Assembly: GCA_964613495.1 (NCBI GenBank) | Contig: CAZTHE010000005.1 | Location: 1 to 60,452 of the forward strand | DNA: 60,452 nucleotides | Source of the DNA: an uncultured Acidobacteriota bacterium | Lineage (GTDB): Bacteria; Acidobacteriota; UBA6911 | Direction: 5' to 3' | In this document: piece by piece, positions 43,960 to 53,687 of the stretch | Layout of the letters: every line of letters begins with the position of its first letter | How positions within the stretch are numbered: position 1 is the stretch's first letter | Made by a program: the position numbers and the translations under genes | The notes under the pieces: generated by a model | Database searches by the model: none | What the model saw: only the letters and a program-made list of their open reading frames with translations | What the model was told of the DNA's origin: nothing

Positions 43960-44904
43960 ATGTCAGATTCGAATGAAAACGATAAATCCCCGATAGAATC
44001 GGAACCACGCATCAAGCTCAAGTCCCCGGCGCTGCGGCGCTGCGAACGGGCCGTCCGGCAGAATCCCGACGACGCCCATAACTGGTTCAATCTGGGCAAG
44101 TTACTTCTGGATTCCGGCCGGAACCCGGAGGCCGAGGCCGCCCTGCGGCAGGCCCTGGACCGGGAGCCCGGATCGGCCAACTACCGCTATTACCTGGCCA
44201 ATGCCCTCGGAAACACCGGCAAATTCGCCGAGGCCGCCGTCGAGTTCACGCGCCTCGCGGCCATCGATCCCCAGCTGCAGGACCCGATGTCCACGGTCGG
44301 CCTCTCCGTGTTGACAGACCTCGCATATTGCCTGGGGGAAATGGGCGACTGGCAGGCGGCCTTTGATGTCCTGCAGCCCGCCGCCGCCCTCGCCCTGTCG
44401 GTCATCGGAGACCTCGCGGCGTTCAAAACCAATGCGAAGGAATACGACCTCGCGTGCTTTCTCTATTCGACCGCCCTCCTCCTCGCGCCGCAGGACGCCG
44501 AGCTGCAGCACGGCGCGGGCCACTGTCACCTGAAATCCGGCAGGCTGCGGGAGGCGCTGACACACCTGAAAAAAGCCAGCAAGGCCGATCCGAAGGACCC
44601 GGACATCTGGTACGACTTCGGCCTCGCCCTGTCCACGATGCGGAAAGGGCGGCAGGCGCGGCCGTGTTTCCGGAAGGCGCTGCAGCTGGATCCGAAGCAT
44701 TTCTGGGCCTGGTACGACCTCGCGTGCCTGGACGCGCTGGGGAAAAAGCCGGATGCGGCCTTCCGGAACCTGTATAAGTCCATCGAATGCGGGTTTGCCA
44801 ATCGCGAGCACATGGCGGGGGATGCGGATCTGCGGGGTCTGCACAAGGATCCGCGGTGGAAACTGGCGCTGGAGAGTGTTTCCGGCAGCGGCGCCGTGAA
44901 CTGA
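43960..44904 (+). CDS. TPR-repeat protein
   Basis: Start at MSDSNENDK, because the upstream ATG at 43918 would lie inside the promoter motif. Repeated W/Y-x-LG-x-L-x-x-G-x-x-EA pattern. Confidence 0.75.
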   Translation: MSDSNENDKSPIESEPRIKLKSPALRRCERAVRQNPDDAHNWFNLGKLLLDSGRNPEAEAALRQALDREPGSANYRYYLANALGNTGKFAEAAVEFTRLAAIDPQLQDPMSTVGLSVLTDLAYCLGEMGDWQAAFDVLQPAAALALSVIGDLAAFKTNAKEYDLACFLYSTALLLAPQDAELQHGAGHCHLKSGRLREALTHLKKASKADPKDPDIWYDFGLALSTMRKGRQARPCFRKALQLDPKHFWAWYDLACLDALGKKPDAAFRNLYKSIECGFANREHMAGDADLRGLHKDPRWKLALESVSGSGAVN

Positions 44905-44959
44905 CCAGCTGTGCCGCCCCTTCGGGGCTCGACCTTATGGATCAACCTCTACGGGAGAT

Positions 44960-45676
44960 ATGCGCGTGAACGAAGAGAACGATTTTGACGGTTTCATCAC
45001 CGAAGACGGAACGATGATCCCCATCGAGGACGTCGAAAGAGTGTCGGCCCTGTTCCTCCAGGCCACGACGGTGGACGACGCCGTGACCACCCTGCGGCGC
45101 CTCACGTCGGACTGCCTCGACATGGGACGCCTGGACGCGGCGAGAGGCTACTACGAGAAAATTCTCCTGCTGGTGGATTCCCCGGAAGAAAAGGCCGAGT
45201 GCTTTCTCGTCATGGGAGGCATCCTGGAAAACCTGAGCAAATACCGTGAAGCCGAGGAAACCTACGCGCGGGCATTCGACCTGCCGCAGGAGTCCAACCA
45301 TGACTGGTATTTCCTCAACAACAACCGCGGCTATTGCCTCAACCAGACCGGACGCCACACTGAAGCCGCGGTGTTCTGCCTGGACGCGATCCGGATCGAT
45401 CCCGAGCGGCACAACGCTTACAAAAACCTGGGGATCGCTCTCATGCGCCTCGGCAGATACGCCGAAGCCGCCCAAAACCTGGTGCGGGCCACCGAGCTGT
45501 GCCCGGCCGATCCGCGCGCCCTGGCCATCCTGGACGAGATCTATGTCGGACACAGGGAGAGGGTCCGGGAGATGCCGGATTTCCCGGCGCAATTGTTCCG
45601 GTGCCACGAGCTGGTGCAGGATGCGCAGAAAAAGGCGGCGGAACGCGCGCCCAAACGAGGCGCCGGGAACGGGTGA
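44960..45676 (+). CDS. TPR-repeat protein
   Basis: 238 aa. TPR-like AYKNLGIALMRLGRYAEAAQNLVRATELCPADP. Confidence 0.7.
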   Translation: MRVNEENDFDGFITEDGTMIPIEDVERVSALFLQATTVDDAVTTLRRLTSDCLDMGRLDAARGYYEKILLLVDSPEEKAECFLVMGGILENLSKYREAEETYARAFDLPQESNHDWYFLNNNRGYCLNQTGRHTEAAVFCLDAIRIDPERHNAYKNLGIALMRLGRYAEAAQNLVRATELCPADPRALAILDEIYVGHRERVREMPDFPAQLFRCHELVQDAQKKAAERAPKRGAGNG

Positions 45677-45836
45677 AGCAGGTAAACCAAAGGCCGGGGG
45701 CCCGGCCATTGCGGATCCGCAGATTTGGCCGCAAATTGCACCGATTCGGGGGCAGCCTAAAATCGGCCATAGGTGACAAAACAGCTATCCAAGACCTTGT
45801 CCGTCTAATATAATCGGCTGGAGGAGGGATATACGG

Positions 45837-47312
45837 ATGGTGAATTGTACCCATGGTTTGGTTCAAATAGGCAGGCGTGATTTCATCAGAACAACGGCGA
45901 TCGCGGGAGTGGCGGGCGCGATCCCGACGGTTTCCGCACTCGCCCAGGAGGCCCCGGGACCGGTCCGGCCGGCATACACGGGTAAACAGAGAAAGGTGCT
46001 CCTCCTGAGCAGCAACCCGGAGGCGCACGGCTCGCTGATCCAGGCAATCAAGGGCATCAAGGAGTTCGACGTCGCCGTCGAGACCGTCAAGGCCGACTAC
46101 CGCAACCCGAAAGACATCCGCAAATACATCCAGGGCAAGGAAGCCCACGTGCTCTTCATGTGCCTGACGGGCGCCGGCCTCAACTCGGGGATCTATGCCG
46201 AATACATGGGCACGCTGGACATGCCCGTGATCCTTCTCCCCGTGAACCTCGACCTGATCATGCTCGAAGCCGACGTGGCCGCCACATTCCGCTCCAAAGG
46301 CACGACCGCCATGCTCGCCAACTCCGAGCAGCACGCGGTCGAACTTGTGAAATTCGCCGCGGCGCCGATGCTGCTCGAAGGCAAGAAAGCCGTCATCTTC
46401 GGACGCCCCTACGATTCCACCAGCGTCCCGATGCCCAACCTGAACGCGGACTACATTTATAAGCACACGGGCGTCCACCTGGCATACAGGCCGATCGACG
46501 AGCTAAGGGCGGGCCTTGCCGGAGTCGACGAAGCCAAAGCCCGGAAAGAGATGGAGCGGTGGAAAAAAGAGGCCGTCAAGGTCACCGAAGCCACCGACCA
46601 GGCCATTCTCGACGCCTGCAAGCTCTACCTCCTCATGCGATCCATCGTGGAAAAGGAGGGCCTGTCGGGCATCTCGATCGACTGCCTGAGCTTCACCTTC
46701 ACCCCCAAGCCGACGCTTCCCTACCCCTGCCTCGCCTTCACGCGCCTGCGCGACGACGGATACGCCGTGCCGTGCGAAGCCGATGTCTGCGGCATGATCA
46801 CGTCCATGTTCCTGCAGGAAATCAGCCGGAAGCCTTCCTATTTCTATAATCCTTCTTCGGTGGACACCGGAAGATCCACCACCGTGCTGCGGCACTGCGT
46901 GGCCCCCGTGCGTTTCATGGGACGCGACGCCGATCCGCTCCCCTACATCATCCGCGATTACCACGGGATGGGGGGAGCCACGCCGGAAGTCCAGTTCCCC
47001 ATCGGGGCCGAAGTCACCCTGGGCGGGTTCAGCAAGGACCTCAAAAATTTCCTCATGTGGCCCGGGAGGATCCAGGAAGGGGTGAAGGACACCAATCGCC
47101 CGTCGTTCGAGAATTCTCCGTCCAAGATGCGCCGATACTGCACCAACCGGGCGGAAGTGAAGCTGAAGGACATCGGGCGGTTCCTGCAGAATATCGCCGG
47201 CATCCACCAGGTCATGGTCGCGGGCAGCTATACCGATGCGATCCAGCAGGCGCTGCTGCGGATGAACGTCACCATCACCAGCCCGGCGGATTCGACGCCG
47301 CCGGCCGCATAG
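45837..47312 (+). CDS. Tat-signal hypothetical protein
   Basis: GRRDFIRTTAIAGVAGAIPTVSALAQ twin-arginine leader. 491 aa with coding-like composition. No secure family. Confidence 0.6.
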   Translation: MVNCTHGLVQIGRRDFIRTTAIAGVAGAIPTVSALAQEAPGPVRPAYTGKQRKVLLLSSNPEAHGSLIQAIKGIKEFDVAVETVKADYRNPKDIRKYIQGKEAHVLFMCLTGAGLNSGIYAEYMGTLDMPVILLPVNLDLIMLEADVAATFRSKGTTAMLANSEQHAVELVKFAAAPMLLEGKKAVIFGRPYDSTSVPMPNLNADYIYKHTGVHLAYRPIDELRAGLAGVDEAKARKEMERWKKEAVKVTEATDQAILDACKLYLLMRSIVEKEGLSGISIDCLSFTFTPKPTLPYPCLAFTRLRDDGYAVPCEADVCGMITSMFLQEISRKPSYFYNPSSVDTGRSTTVLRHCVAPVRFMGRDADPLPYIIRDYHGMGGATPEVQFPIGAEVTLGGFSKDLKNFLMWPGRIQEGVKDTNRPSFENSPSKMRRYCTNRAEVKLKDIGRFLQNIAGIHQVMVAGSYTDAIQQALLRMNVTITSPADSTPPAA

Positions 47313-47346
47313 GCAGTCGGCAGTCGATAGTCGGTAGTCGGCAGTA
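47312..47346. repeat. Heptanucleotide tandem array starting at the last base of the stop codon
   Basis: GGCAGTC GGCAGTC GATAGTC GGTAGTC GGCAGTA. Confidence 0.8.
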
Positions 47347-47405
47347 AATTCGTGAAATTCGTGGCCTTTCTTCGGACCTGCCACGAATTTCACGAATTTT
47401 TTTTG
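47346..47405. terminator. Perfect palindromic CGTG-box doublet followed by a T-run (bidirectional intrinsic terminator)
   Basis: AAATTCGTGAAATTCGTGGC (47346-47365), loop CTTTCTTCGGACCT, GCCACGAATTTCACGAATTT (47380-47399), then TTTTTT. Lies between convergent genes. Confidence 0.75.
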
Positions 47406-47409
47406 TGGC

Positions 47410-48390
47410 TTACGCGTAAAGCCCGGCGCGGCCGACGGTGTAATGGAAGATGGGCCTTTTGACGTTTTTCACCGTCAGAGGCCCGTGCTCCACCCCTTCG
47501 GGGATGATGGCGGCAAAACTCCTGTCGATATCGTACCTCTTCCCCTCCACCCATAATTCGACTTCGCCGTGCAGCCTGTGGATGTCGCCGAAATCGGATC
47601 CGAAAAAGCCGATGATTTCCGGGAACGCGTGCGTATGCGGATCCACGAAAGTCACCGCCCGCCCCCGGAGCCCGGACCTCTCTTCCGGCCATATCCACGA
47701 GGTCTCGGCGTGAAAGCCGGAACCGGGCACGACGTCGCTGTCGATGTGCGCGACACGGTGGATGAATTCGGCGGGCACTCTCCGCCTGTAAGACGGCGTT
47801 TTCCTCGCCGGCTTGTCGCCGGAAACCAGGTATTTGCGGATGTTCTTTTCTCCGGCGTAATGCCCGCTCTTTTCGCCGACCACGGTATGTTCGTAGGACG
47901 GGGTGAACCCCATGCTGAAATGGAATATGGGGCCGTCCTGCCGCTTCGTGTTCAAAGGGCAGTGCTTCATCCCGGCGGGGATATTCACGATACAGCTCTT
48001 GTCGAAGGTCACGGGCTGGTCTTCCAACCAGAACTCAATTTCGGCGCCCAGGTCGGAAGGATCGTCGAAATTGCAGCCGAAAAACGTGAAGAGCTCGTCG
48101 AACGGGTGGATGTGCGGCTTCGGCCCGAGTTGGACGCCGGGCTCGAGCTTCTCCATCGTCTCGGCCGCCCTCTGCGCGGCGATCGGGCTGACCATGTCCT
48201 GCGGGAAGAACCAGAGGCATTCGGAATAAAAAGTGCCCGGCCCGACCTCGCCGTCGATGTAAAGCACGTGTTCCATCGACCGGTTCTCGCCCGGTACGTA
48301 TTCGTCGAGAGGCGTACCTGGCATGCCCCAGGCCAGGACCACGTTCTTCTTCATTTCCGTGACGATGTATTCCGGTTTGAATTTCGCCAT
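47410..48390 (-). CDS. Bicupin-like hypothetical protein (internal duplication)
   Basis: Two homologous halves: PHIHPFDELFTFFGCNFDD...AEIEFWLED...IPAGMKHCPL and PHTHAFPEIIGFFGSDFGD...GEVELWVEG...IPEGVEHGPL. Confidence 0.6.
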   Translation of the reverse strand: MAKFKPEYIVTEMKKNVVLAWGMPGTPLDEYVPGENRSMEHVLYIDGEVGPGTFYSECLWFFPQDMVSPIAAQRAAETMEKLEPGVQLGPKPHIHPFDELFTFFGCNFDDPSDLGAEIEFWLEDQPVTFDKSCIVNIPAGMKHCPLNTKRQDGPIFHFSMGFTPSYEHTVVGEKSGHYAGEKNIRKYLVSGDKPARKTPSYRRRVPAEFIHRVAHIDSDVVPGSGFHAETSWIWPEERSGLRGRAVTFVDPHTHAFPEIIGFFGSDFGDIHRLHGEVELWVEGKRYDIDRSFAAIIPEGVEHGPLTVKNVKRPIFHYTVGRAGLYA

Positions 48391-48501
48391 TTTCGCTCCC
48401 TCTCCTGCGGCCGAGAGGCGGTGGAGGCGACGATATCCCCGGCGCCCAGGCCTTGTTTAGGCCATTGTAATTCAAACGCGTCCCTGAAGCCTCCTTTCTC
48501 T

Positions 48502-49203
48502 CTAGGATTTGAGAAGCACCTCACGCGTCAGGGAAAAAGACAGCTTCCGTTCCGCGGAGAACGTCACGTCCTTCTTCCCGGTTGCCAGTGCTCCCGCCGT
48601 GCCTGCTCCGGCGCCTGACGCGGCGCCGATCGCCGCGCCTTTGCCGCCTCCCGCGATGCCGCCGATAATCGCCCCGACGCCCGCGCCTCCGCCAATGAGG
48701 GCCGCATTGCGCTTTGCATGGCTTCCGCCCTTGGCGGAAACAGAAGTCGTTTCGATATCCACCCAGTCCCCGTTTTCGGCCTGGACGCTTTCAAGGGTCA
48801 ACTTGAGTATTCCGGGATCCTGCAGTCTGCCGGAAGACCGGGCGGTCACGACCAGGCCGCGTACGCGCGCGCCTTTCGGAAAGGCGGTCTTTCCATCGAC
48901 CGTGATCGGAGATGCGAGTTCCGCCTCAAACTCGTCTCCCGACTGCGCAGAACTGCTGCTGACGGAATGAAGCAGCCGGACCGGAATTTCCGTGCCCGCC
49001 GGAATGGCGAGCGTCGCCTTCTTCAGACCCACTTTCTCCAAAAGTCCTTCGGCGGCCTGTTCGGTCTCCGTTTCCTGACCGGCCGATGTAGTTTGGTCGG
49101 CCGCGCAGTTAATAAACAAAAACGAAGACAGAATCAGCACTCCCGAAAACAGGATGCCGGCATAGCGTTTTGAAAGAGTTAGAAAAACCGTTTGCTTCCG
49201 CAT
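48502..49203 (-). CDS. Lipoprotein with a C-terminal glycine-zipper region
   Basis: Hydrophobic leader ending INCAAD. GGGAGVGAIIGGIAGGGKGAAIGAASGAGAGTAGA. Confidence 0.6.
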   Translation of the reverse strand: MRKQTVFLTLSKRYAGILFSGVLILSSFLFINCAADQTTSAGQETETEQAAEGLLEKVGLKKATLAIPAGTEIPVRLLHSVSSSSAQSGDEFEAELASPITVDGKTAFPKGARVRGLVVTARSSGRLQDPGILKLTLESVQAENGDWVDIETTSVSAKGGSHAKRNAALIGGGAGVGAIIGGIAGGGKGAAIGAASGAGAGTAGALATGKKDVTFSAERKLSFSLTREVLLKS

Positions 49204-49445
49204 GATCGTCTTTCTCCTTTTCCGGGGGGGGGCCGCCGAAACTATAATCCGTTAGCTATGGATATTGGATGCAAAAGGCGTTCCTGGAAAGCGGAGAGTA
49301 GAGGTATTCAATTATTTATCAACATGTTATGACTCATGACCGGGATCGCCGCCGCCGTTGATTTCCGCCTCGTGCGGGGAAATTTTCCCTGATTTAATGC
49401 CGAAGATTGCCCTACCTCGAAACCCGGTTGAGCATTGGGGGTATG

Positions 49446-49565
49446 CGGACGTTCCAGCGCCGCAGGCGCTGCATCGTCCCTTCAGGACTCGGCTTCTTTA
49501 CTAATCCACACCCGGGATTCCGTCGCCCGCTTCGCGGGCTCCGTCATCCCGGGCTTTGCTGTATC
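49446..49565 (+). repeat. 5-prime module of the composite intergenic element (copy A)
   Basis: GCTGCATCGTCCCTTCAGGACTC...ACCCGGGATTCCGTCGCCCGCTTCGCGGGCTCCGTCATCCCGGGCTTTGCTGT. About 80 percent identical by eye to 52874-52980. Confidence 0.8.
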
Positions 49566-49830
49566 GTGCCTCCGGCACTCTGCCCCGGCGTTACACCGAT
49601 CGATGCTTCACTTCATCATGCCTCCGGCACTCTACGGCGGCGTTACACCGATTGACGCCTCACGCCACCGTGCCTCCGGCACTCTGCCCCGGCGTTACAC
49701 CGATCGATGCTTCACTTCATCATGCCTCCGGCACTCTACGGCGGCGTTACACCGATTGACGCCTCACGCCACCGTGCCTCCGGCACTCTACGGCGGCGTT
49801 ACACCGATCGATGCTTCATGGCAACGCCCC
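49566..49830 (+). repeat. Tandem repeat, five 52-bp units (A-B-A-B-B')
   Basis: GCCTCCGGCACTCT starts at 49568, 49620, 49672, 49724 and 49776. The 104-bp A-B pair is duplicated essentially perfectly. Confidence 0.9.
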
Positions 49831-49833
49831 TCG

Positions 49834-49923
49834 GGCACTCCCGGCCCCATTCTCCGTGTAATCCGTGAAATCCGTGGCTCCCTCCGCGCCTTGGACCCCT
49901 GCGAAATTCGTGGAATTCGTGGC
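49834..49923 (+). repeat. Composite CGTG-box element (copy 3)
   Basis: GGCACTCCCGGCCCCATTCTCCGTGTAATCCGTGAAATCCGTGGC, spacer, then AAATTCGTGGAATTCGTGGCC. Confidence 0.85.
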
Positions 49924-50010
49924 CGATCCCAAAAAACGCCGCGCCGCGGCGACGGACACCCCGCGCCCCGCCGGTTGACGAACGGGCCGCGGGACGTTAT
50001 GTTTCAGGCA

Positions 50011-50036
50011 TATACCCCTCCCCGGGTGGGGTGTAT
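50011..50036. promoter_or_regulatory. Candidate CsoR operator upstream of copA
   Basis: TATACCCCTCCCCGGGTGGGGTGTAT, i.e. ATACCCC ... GGGGTGTAT, a GC-rich pseudo-palindrome of the CsoR-box type, 13 nt before the copA ATG. Confidence 0.5.
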
Positions 50037-50048
50037 GGGGAGCCCTGG

Positions 50049-52592
50049 ATGAAAAAGGAATACGACGTCTCCGGCATGACCTGTTCCTCGTGCGCCCTGC
50101 ACGTGGAGAAAGGGGTGCGCAAGATCGCAGGCCTCGGGGATGTCCGGGTCAACCTGCTGGCCAACACCCTGACCGTCGAACTGCCCGACGGCATGCCGGA
50201 TGCGGACGCGTCGATCGTCAAGGCGGTCGAAGACGCCGGCTACGGCGCAAAACCGAGACCAGGCGCCAGCGTCGCCGAAGCGGCCCCAGCCGTCCACGAC
50301 CCCAGGATCCATATCGCCGCGGAACTGGACTCGATGCGCAGACGCGTCCTCGTCTCCTTCGCCTTCTCCGTCCCGCTGGTCTACCTGGCCATGGGGCACA
50401 TGTTCGGCTGGCCGCTGCCCGCCTGGTTCCACGGGACGGCCCACGCGATGAACTTCGCCTTTACCCAGTTCCTTCTCGCCATCCCCGTATTCATCGTCAA
50501 CGGGCAGGTCTTCCGCGGCGGCTTCAAGACCCTCGTCAAGCGCGCCCCGACCATGGACTCACTGATCGCCCTCGGCTCGTCGGCGGCCATGGCCTACGGC
50601 GTCTACGCCATCTACCGCATCGGCGCGGGACTGGGAAGCGGCGACGAAGCGGCGGTCCGGCGCTTTTCCATGGACCTCTACTTCGAATCGGCGGCCATGA
50701 TCCTCTCGCTGGTCATGCTGGGCAAGTACCTGGAACTCCGGGCCAAGCGAAGGACCGGCGACGCCGTGTCGAAACTGATCGACCTCTCCCCGAAGACGGC
50801 CACGGTAGTGCGCGGCGGCGGCGAGATCGAAATACCGGCCGAGCGGGTCGCCGTCGGCGATTCGGTCGTCGTGCGCCCCGGCGGACGTTTTCCCGTCGAC
50901 GGCACCGTCCTCTCGGGCGAGTCGGCCGTCGACGAGTCGGCCCTGACCGGCGAGAGCCTGCCGGTGGAGAAGCGGAAGGGCGATCCCGTGCTCAGCGCCA
51001 GCATCAACACCACCGGGCGCCTGGTCTACCGCGCGGACCGGGTCGGCGAGGACACCACCCTGGCCCGGATCATCAGACTAGTGGAAGAAGCCGGCTCGTC
51101 CAAGGCCCCCATCGCCAGGCTGGCCGACCGGATCAGCGCCGTGTTCGTACCGATCGTCATCGTCATCGCCGCGGCCGCCACGGCCGCCTGGCTCGCCGCG
51201 GGACACAGCGTGGAATCGGCGCTGGCCTTCGGCATCGCCGTCCTGGTGATCAGCTGTCCCTGCGCCCTCGGCCTCGCCACGCCGACGGCCATTATGGTCG
51301 GCACGGGGAAAGGCGCCGAGCACGGCATCCTGATACGCTCGGCGGAAGCGCTCGAAACCGCGCACTCGATCGACACGGTCGTCCTGGACAAGACGGGGAC
51401 CATCACCGCCGGCAAACCGCAGGTCACCGATATCGTGGCGGCCGATGGAATCGAGGAACGCCGCCTGCTGCTCCTGGCCGGATCGCTGGAGGCCGCGAGC
51501 GAGCACCCGCTCTCGCAGGCGGTCCTCGAGCGGGTGCGGCGCGAAGGGATCCCTCTGGAAGAAGTCTCGGCCTTCGCCTCCGTTCCCGGCAAAGGCCTCC
51601 GCGGCGTCGTCGCGGGCGAAGAGGTCGCCGGGGGAAACGGCGGCTTCATGCGCGAGTCGGGAATCGACGCCGGGCCTTTGGCCAAGGAAGCAGAGCAGCT
51701 GGCCGCGGAGGGCAAGACGCCGCTCTTCTTCGGCGCCTCGCATACACTGCTGGGCCTGATCGCCGTGGCCGATGTCGTCAAGGAAACGAGCGCCGGCGCG
51801 ATCGGAAGGCTGAAGCGAATAGGACTCGACGTGGTCATGCTCACCGGCGACAACGAGCGGACGGCCCACGCGATCGCCCAAAGGGTCGGCATCGGGCGCA
51901 CCTTCGCGTCCGTCCTGCCCGATGGCAAGGAGGCGGTGGTGCGGCGCCTGCAGCAGGAGGGCCGGAAGGTGGCCATGGTCGGCGACGGCATCAACGACGC
52001 CCCGGCACTGGCGCGGGCCGACGTCGGCATGGCCATCGGGGCCGGCGCCGACATCGCGATCGAGTCGGCCGACATCATCCTCGTGCGCAGCGACCTCGAG
52101 GACGTGCCGACGGCCGTTTCCCTCAGCAGGGCCACGCTGCGAAACATCAAACAGAATCTCTTCTGGGCCTTGTTCTACAACGTCCTGGGCATTCCGCTCG
52201 CGGCGGGCGTGTTCTTCCCGCTTTTCGGCTGGCGGCTGAACCCGATGTTCGCCGCCGCGGCGATGAGCCTGAGCAGCATCTTCGTGGTGACAAATGCGCT
52301 GAGATTAAAACGTTTCGCCGCCCACACGAAACAAGTACCGTCGGGGGCCGCAACCGGCCCGAAAGGAGATGAACCGATGATCAAGACGATCCGGATCGAG
52401 GGAATGACCTGCGCGCACTGCTCGGGGCGCGTTGAAAAGGCGCTGAACGCCCTGGAGGGGGTCCGGGCGAAAGTCGACCTGGAAGGGAAGAAGGCCGAAG
52501 CCGTCGTGGGGCCGGGGGTGACCGACGCCATGCTGCGCGACGCGGTGACGCAGGCCGGCTACGAAGTCGTCGGCATCACCGGGAAGGAGTGA
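50049..52592 (+). CDS. copA: Copper-translocating P1B-type ATPase with N- and C-terminal HMA domains
   Basis: GMTCSSC (N-terminal HMA), CPC in [24 protein letters not shown], and a C-terminal [18 protein letters not shown]. Confidence 0.92.
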   Translation: MKKEYDVSGMTCSSCALHVEKGVRKIAGLGDVRVNLLANTLTVELPDGMPDADASIVKAVEDAGYGAKPRPGASVAEAAPAVHDPRIHIAAELDSMRRRVLVSFAFSVPLVYLAMGHMFGWPLPAWFHGTAHAMNFAFTQFLLAIPVFIVNGQVFRGGFKTLVKRAPTMDSLIALGSSAAMAYGVYAIYRIGAGLGSGDEAAVRRFSMDLYFESAAMILSLVMLGKYLELRAKRRTGDAVSKLIDLSPKTATVVRGGGEIEIPAERVAVGDSVVVRPGGRFPVDGTVLSGESAVDESALTGESLPVEKRKGDPVLSASINTTGRLVYRADRVGEDTTLARIIRLVEEAGSSKAPIARLADRISAVFVPIVIVIAAAATAAWLAAGHSVESALAFGIAVLVISCPCALGLATPTAIMVGTGKGAEHGILIRSAEALETAHSIDTVVLDKTGTITAGKPQVTDIVAADGIEERRLLLLAGSLEAASEHPLSQAVLERVRREGIPLEEVSAFASVPGKGLRGVVAGEEVAGGNGGFMRESGIDAGPLAKEAEQLAAEGKTPLFFGASHTLLGLIAVADVVKETSAGAIGRLKRIGLDVVMLTGDNERTAHAIAQRVGIGRTFASVLPDGKEAVVRRLQQEGRKVAMVGDGINDAPALARADVGMAIGAGADIAIESADIILVRSDLEDVPTAVSLSRATLRNIKQNLFWALFYNVLGIPLAAGVFFPLFGWRLNPMFAAAAMSLSSIFVVTNALRLKRFAAHTKQVPSGAATGPKGDEPMIKTIRIEGMTCAHCSGRVEKALNALEGVRAKVDLEGKKAEAVVGPGVTDAMLRDAVTQAGYEVVGITGKE

Positions 52593-52593
52593 G

Positions 52594-52860
52594 ATGAAGG
52601 CCGATCACAAGCGGGTCGCCCAGGCGCTCAAGACGGCGCGGGGCCAGTTGGACGGGATTTTGCGCATGGTCGAGGAAGACCGGTATTGCGTCGACATATC
52701 GAACCAGCTCCTCGCCACGGAGGCGCTGCTGAGGAAGACCAACAAGATCGTGTTGGAGGCGCATTTGAAAAGCTGCGTGCGCGAATCGTTCAAGACGGGC
52801 GTCGACGCGGACAGGAAAATCGAGGAAATCCTCAGCCTGCTCGACAAGACGGGCAGGTGA
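52594..52860 (+). CDS. csoR: CsoR/RcnR-family metal-sensing repressor
   Basis: 88 aa. LKTARGQLDGILRMVEEDRYCVDISNQLLATEALL...HLKSC gives the C-H-C ligand pattern. Starts 1 nt after the copA stop. Confidence 0.88.
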   Translation: MKADHKRVAQALKTARGQLDGILRMVEEDRYCVDISNQLLATEALLRKTNKIVLEAHLKSCVRESFKTGVDADRKIEEILSLLDKTGR

Positions 52861-52869
52861 GGGTACGGT

Positions 52870-53075
52870 CATTCATACGCCGGGCTGCATCGTCCTTGCA
52901 GGACTCTACCTATTTCCTATTCGATACCCGGGGTTCCGTCGCCCGCTCCGCGGGCTCCGTCACCCCGGGCTTTGCTGTTGCGTGCCTTCGGCACTCCACG
53001 CCGGCATTACCTCCGATTGATACATCACGGCATCTTCGGCACTCTGCGCCGGCGCAAATTCGTGTAATTCGTGGC
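52870..53075 (+). repeat. Composite intergenic element (copy B): 5-prime module, two hairpin units, one CGTG box
   Basis: GCTGCATCGTCCTTGCAGGACTC...ACCCGGGGTTCCGTCGCCCGCTCCGCGGGCTCCGTCACCCCGGGCTTTGCTGT...GTGCCTTCGGCAC...AAATTCGTGTAATTCGTGGC. Confidence 0.8.
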
Positions 53076-53264
53076 TGATTCGGGAAAGCCAGCGCCGAAA
53101 CGGCCCCTGCGAAAGCCGTCCCACAGGCTGAGGAGGCTGCCTCCCAACACGAGATTCATCAGGATGACGTGAAGCAGGAAGGTTGCCAGCAGCAGGATCT
53201 GGAACCACCGCCAGTTCACCGGGATGCTGTCCGCCAAGGGAATCAGCTGATCATGCATGGGCAT
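53025..53264 (-). pseudogene. Possible 5-prime remnant of a membrane-protein gene running into the repeat element
   Basis: MPMHDQLIPLADSIPVNWRWFQILLLATFLLHVILMNLVLGGSLLSLWDGF looks like a genuine TM N-terminus. The last approximately 20 codons are translated repeat sequence. Confidence 0.3.
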
Positions 53265-53687
53265 TTCCGCCGATGAAAAAGTTGCGGGATTCGATTTTCA
53301 GACAGCCCGCCGGTACGCGGCCATCCGGCCCGGGTCCGATTTTACTACCTAAACCGCCGAAGGAAATAAAAATTCCCGCCGGAGACGCCCTGCCGCCGAT
53401 CCCGTGCTGCTCGAATGGCGGCGCGTTGCCAACGGTTTCGAAAAAAATATCGCATAACTCGGTCCCCGCTCCCGGAAGGAAGAGCGGCAGGAGCGTCGCC
53501 GGAATGCGCGGCCGCCTGGTGAATAGAAATACAGTCGATATCATAAACTTACATATTCGGCACAAAAGTGCCAAAATAGGACCTTCCGCCGGCGTTCCGG
53601 GGGCGCCTCGATGGGAAGGATCGCCAGGCAGGTTCGGCGGATGCCGCAGGGCTTTTGCCGGGCGCCGGGCAATTGGAGATGGAGAAG

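Noticed and set aside
49566-49830. CRISPR-like look: a roughly 33-bp conserved segment alternating with roughly 19-bp variable segments at a 52-bp period
   Set aside because: The spacers are only about 19 bp. There are just two spacer sequences, which alternate and are duplicated exactly. There are no cas genes in the window. It is a higher-order tandem repeat inside a composite repeat element.
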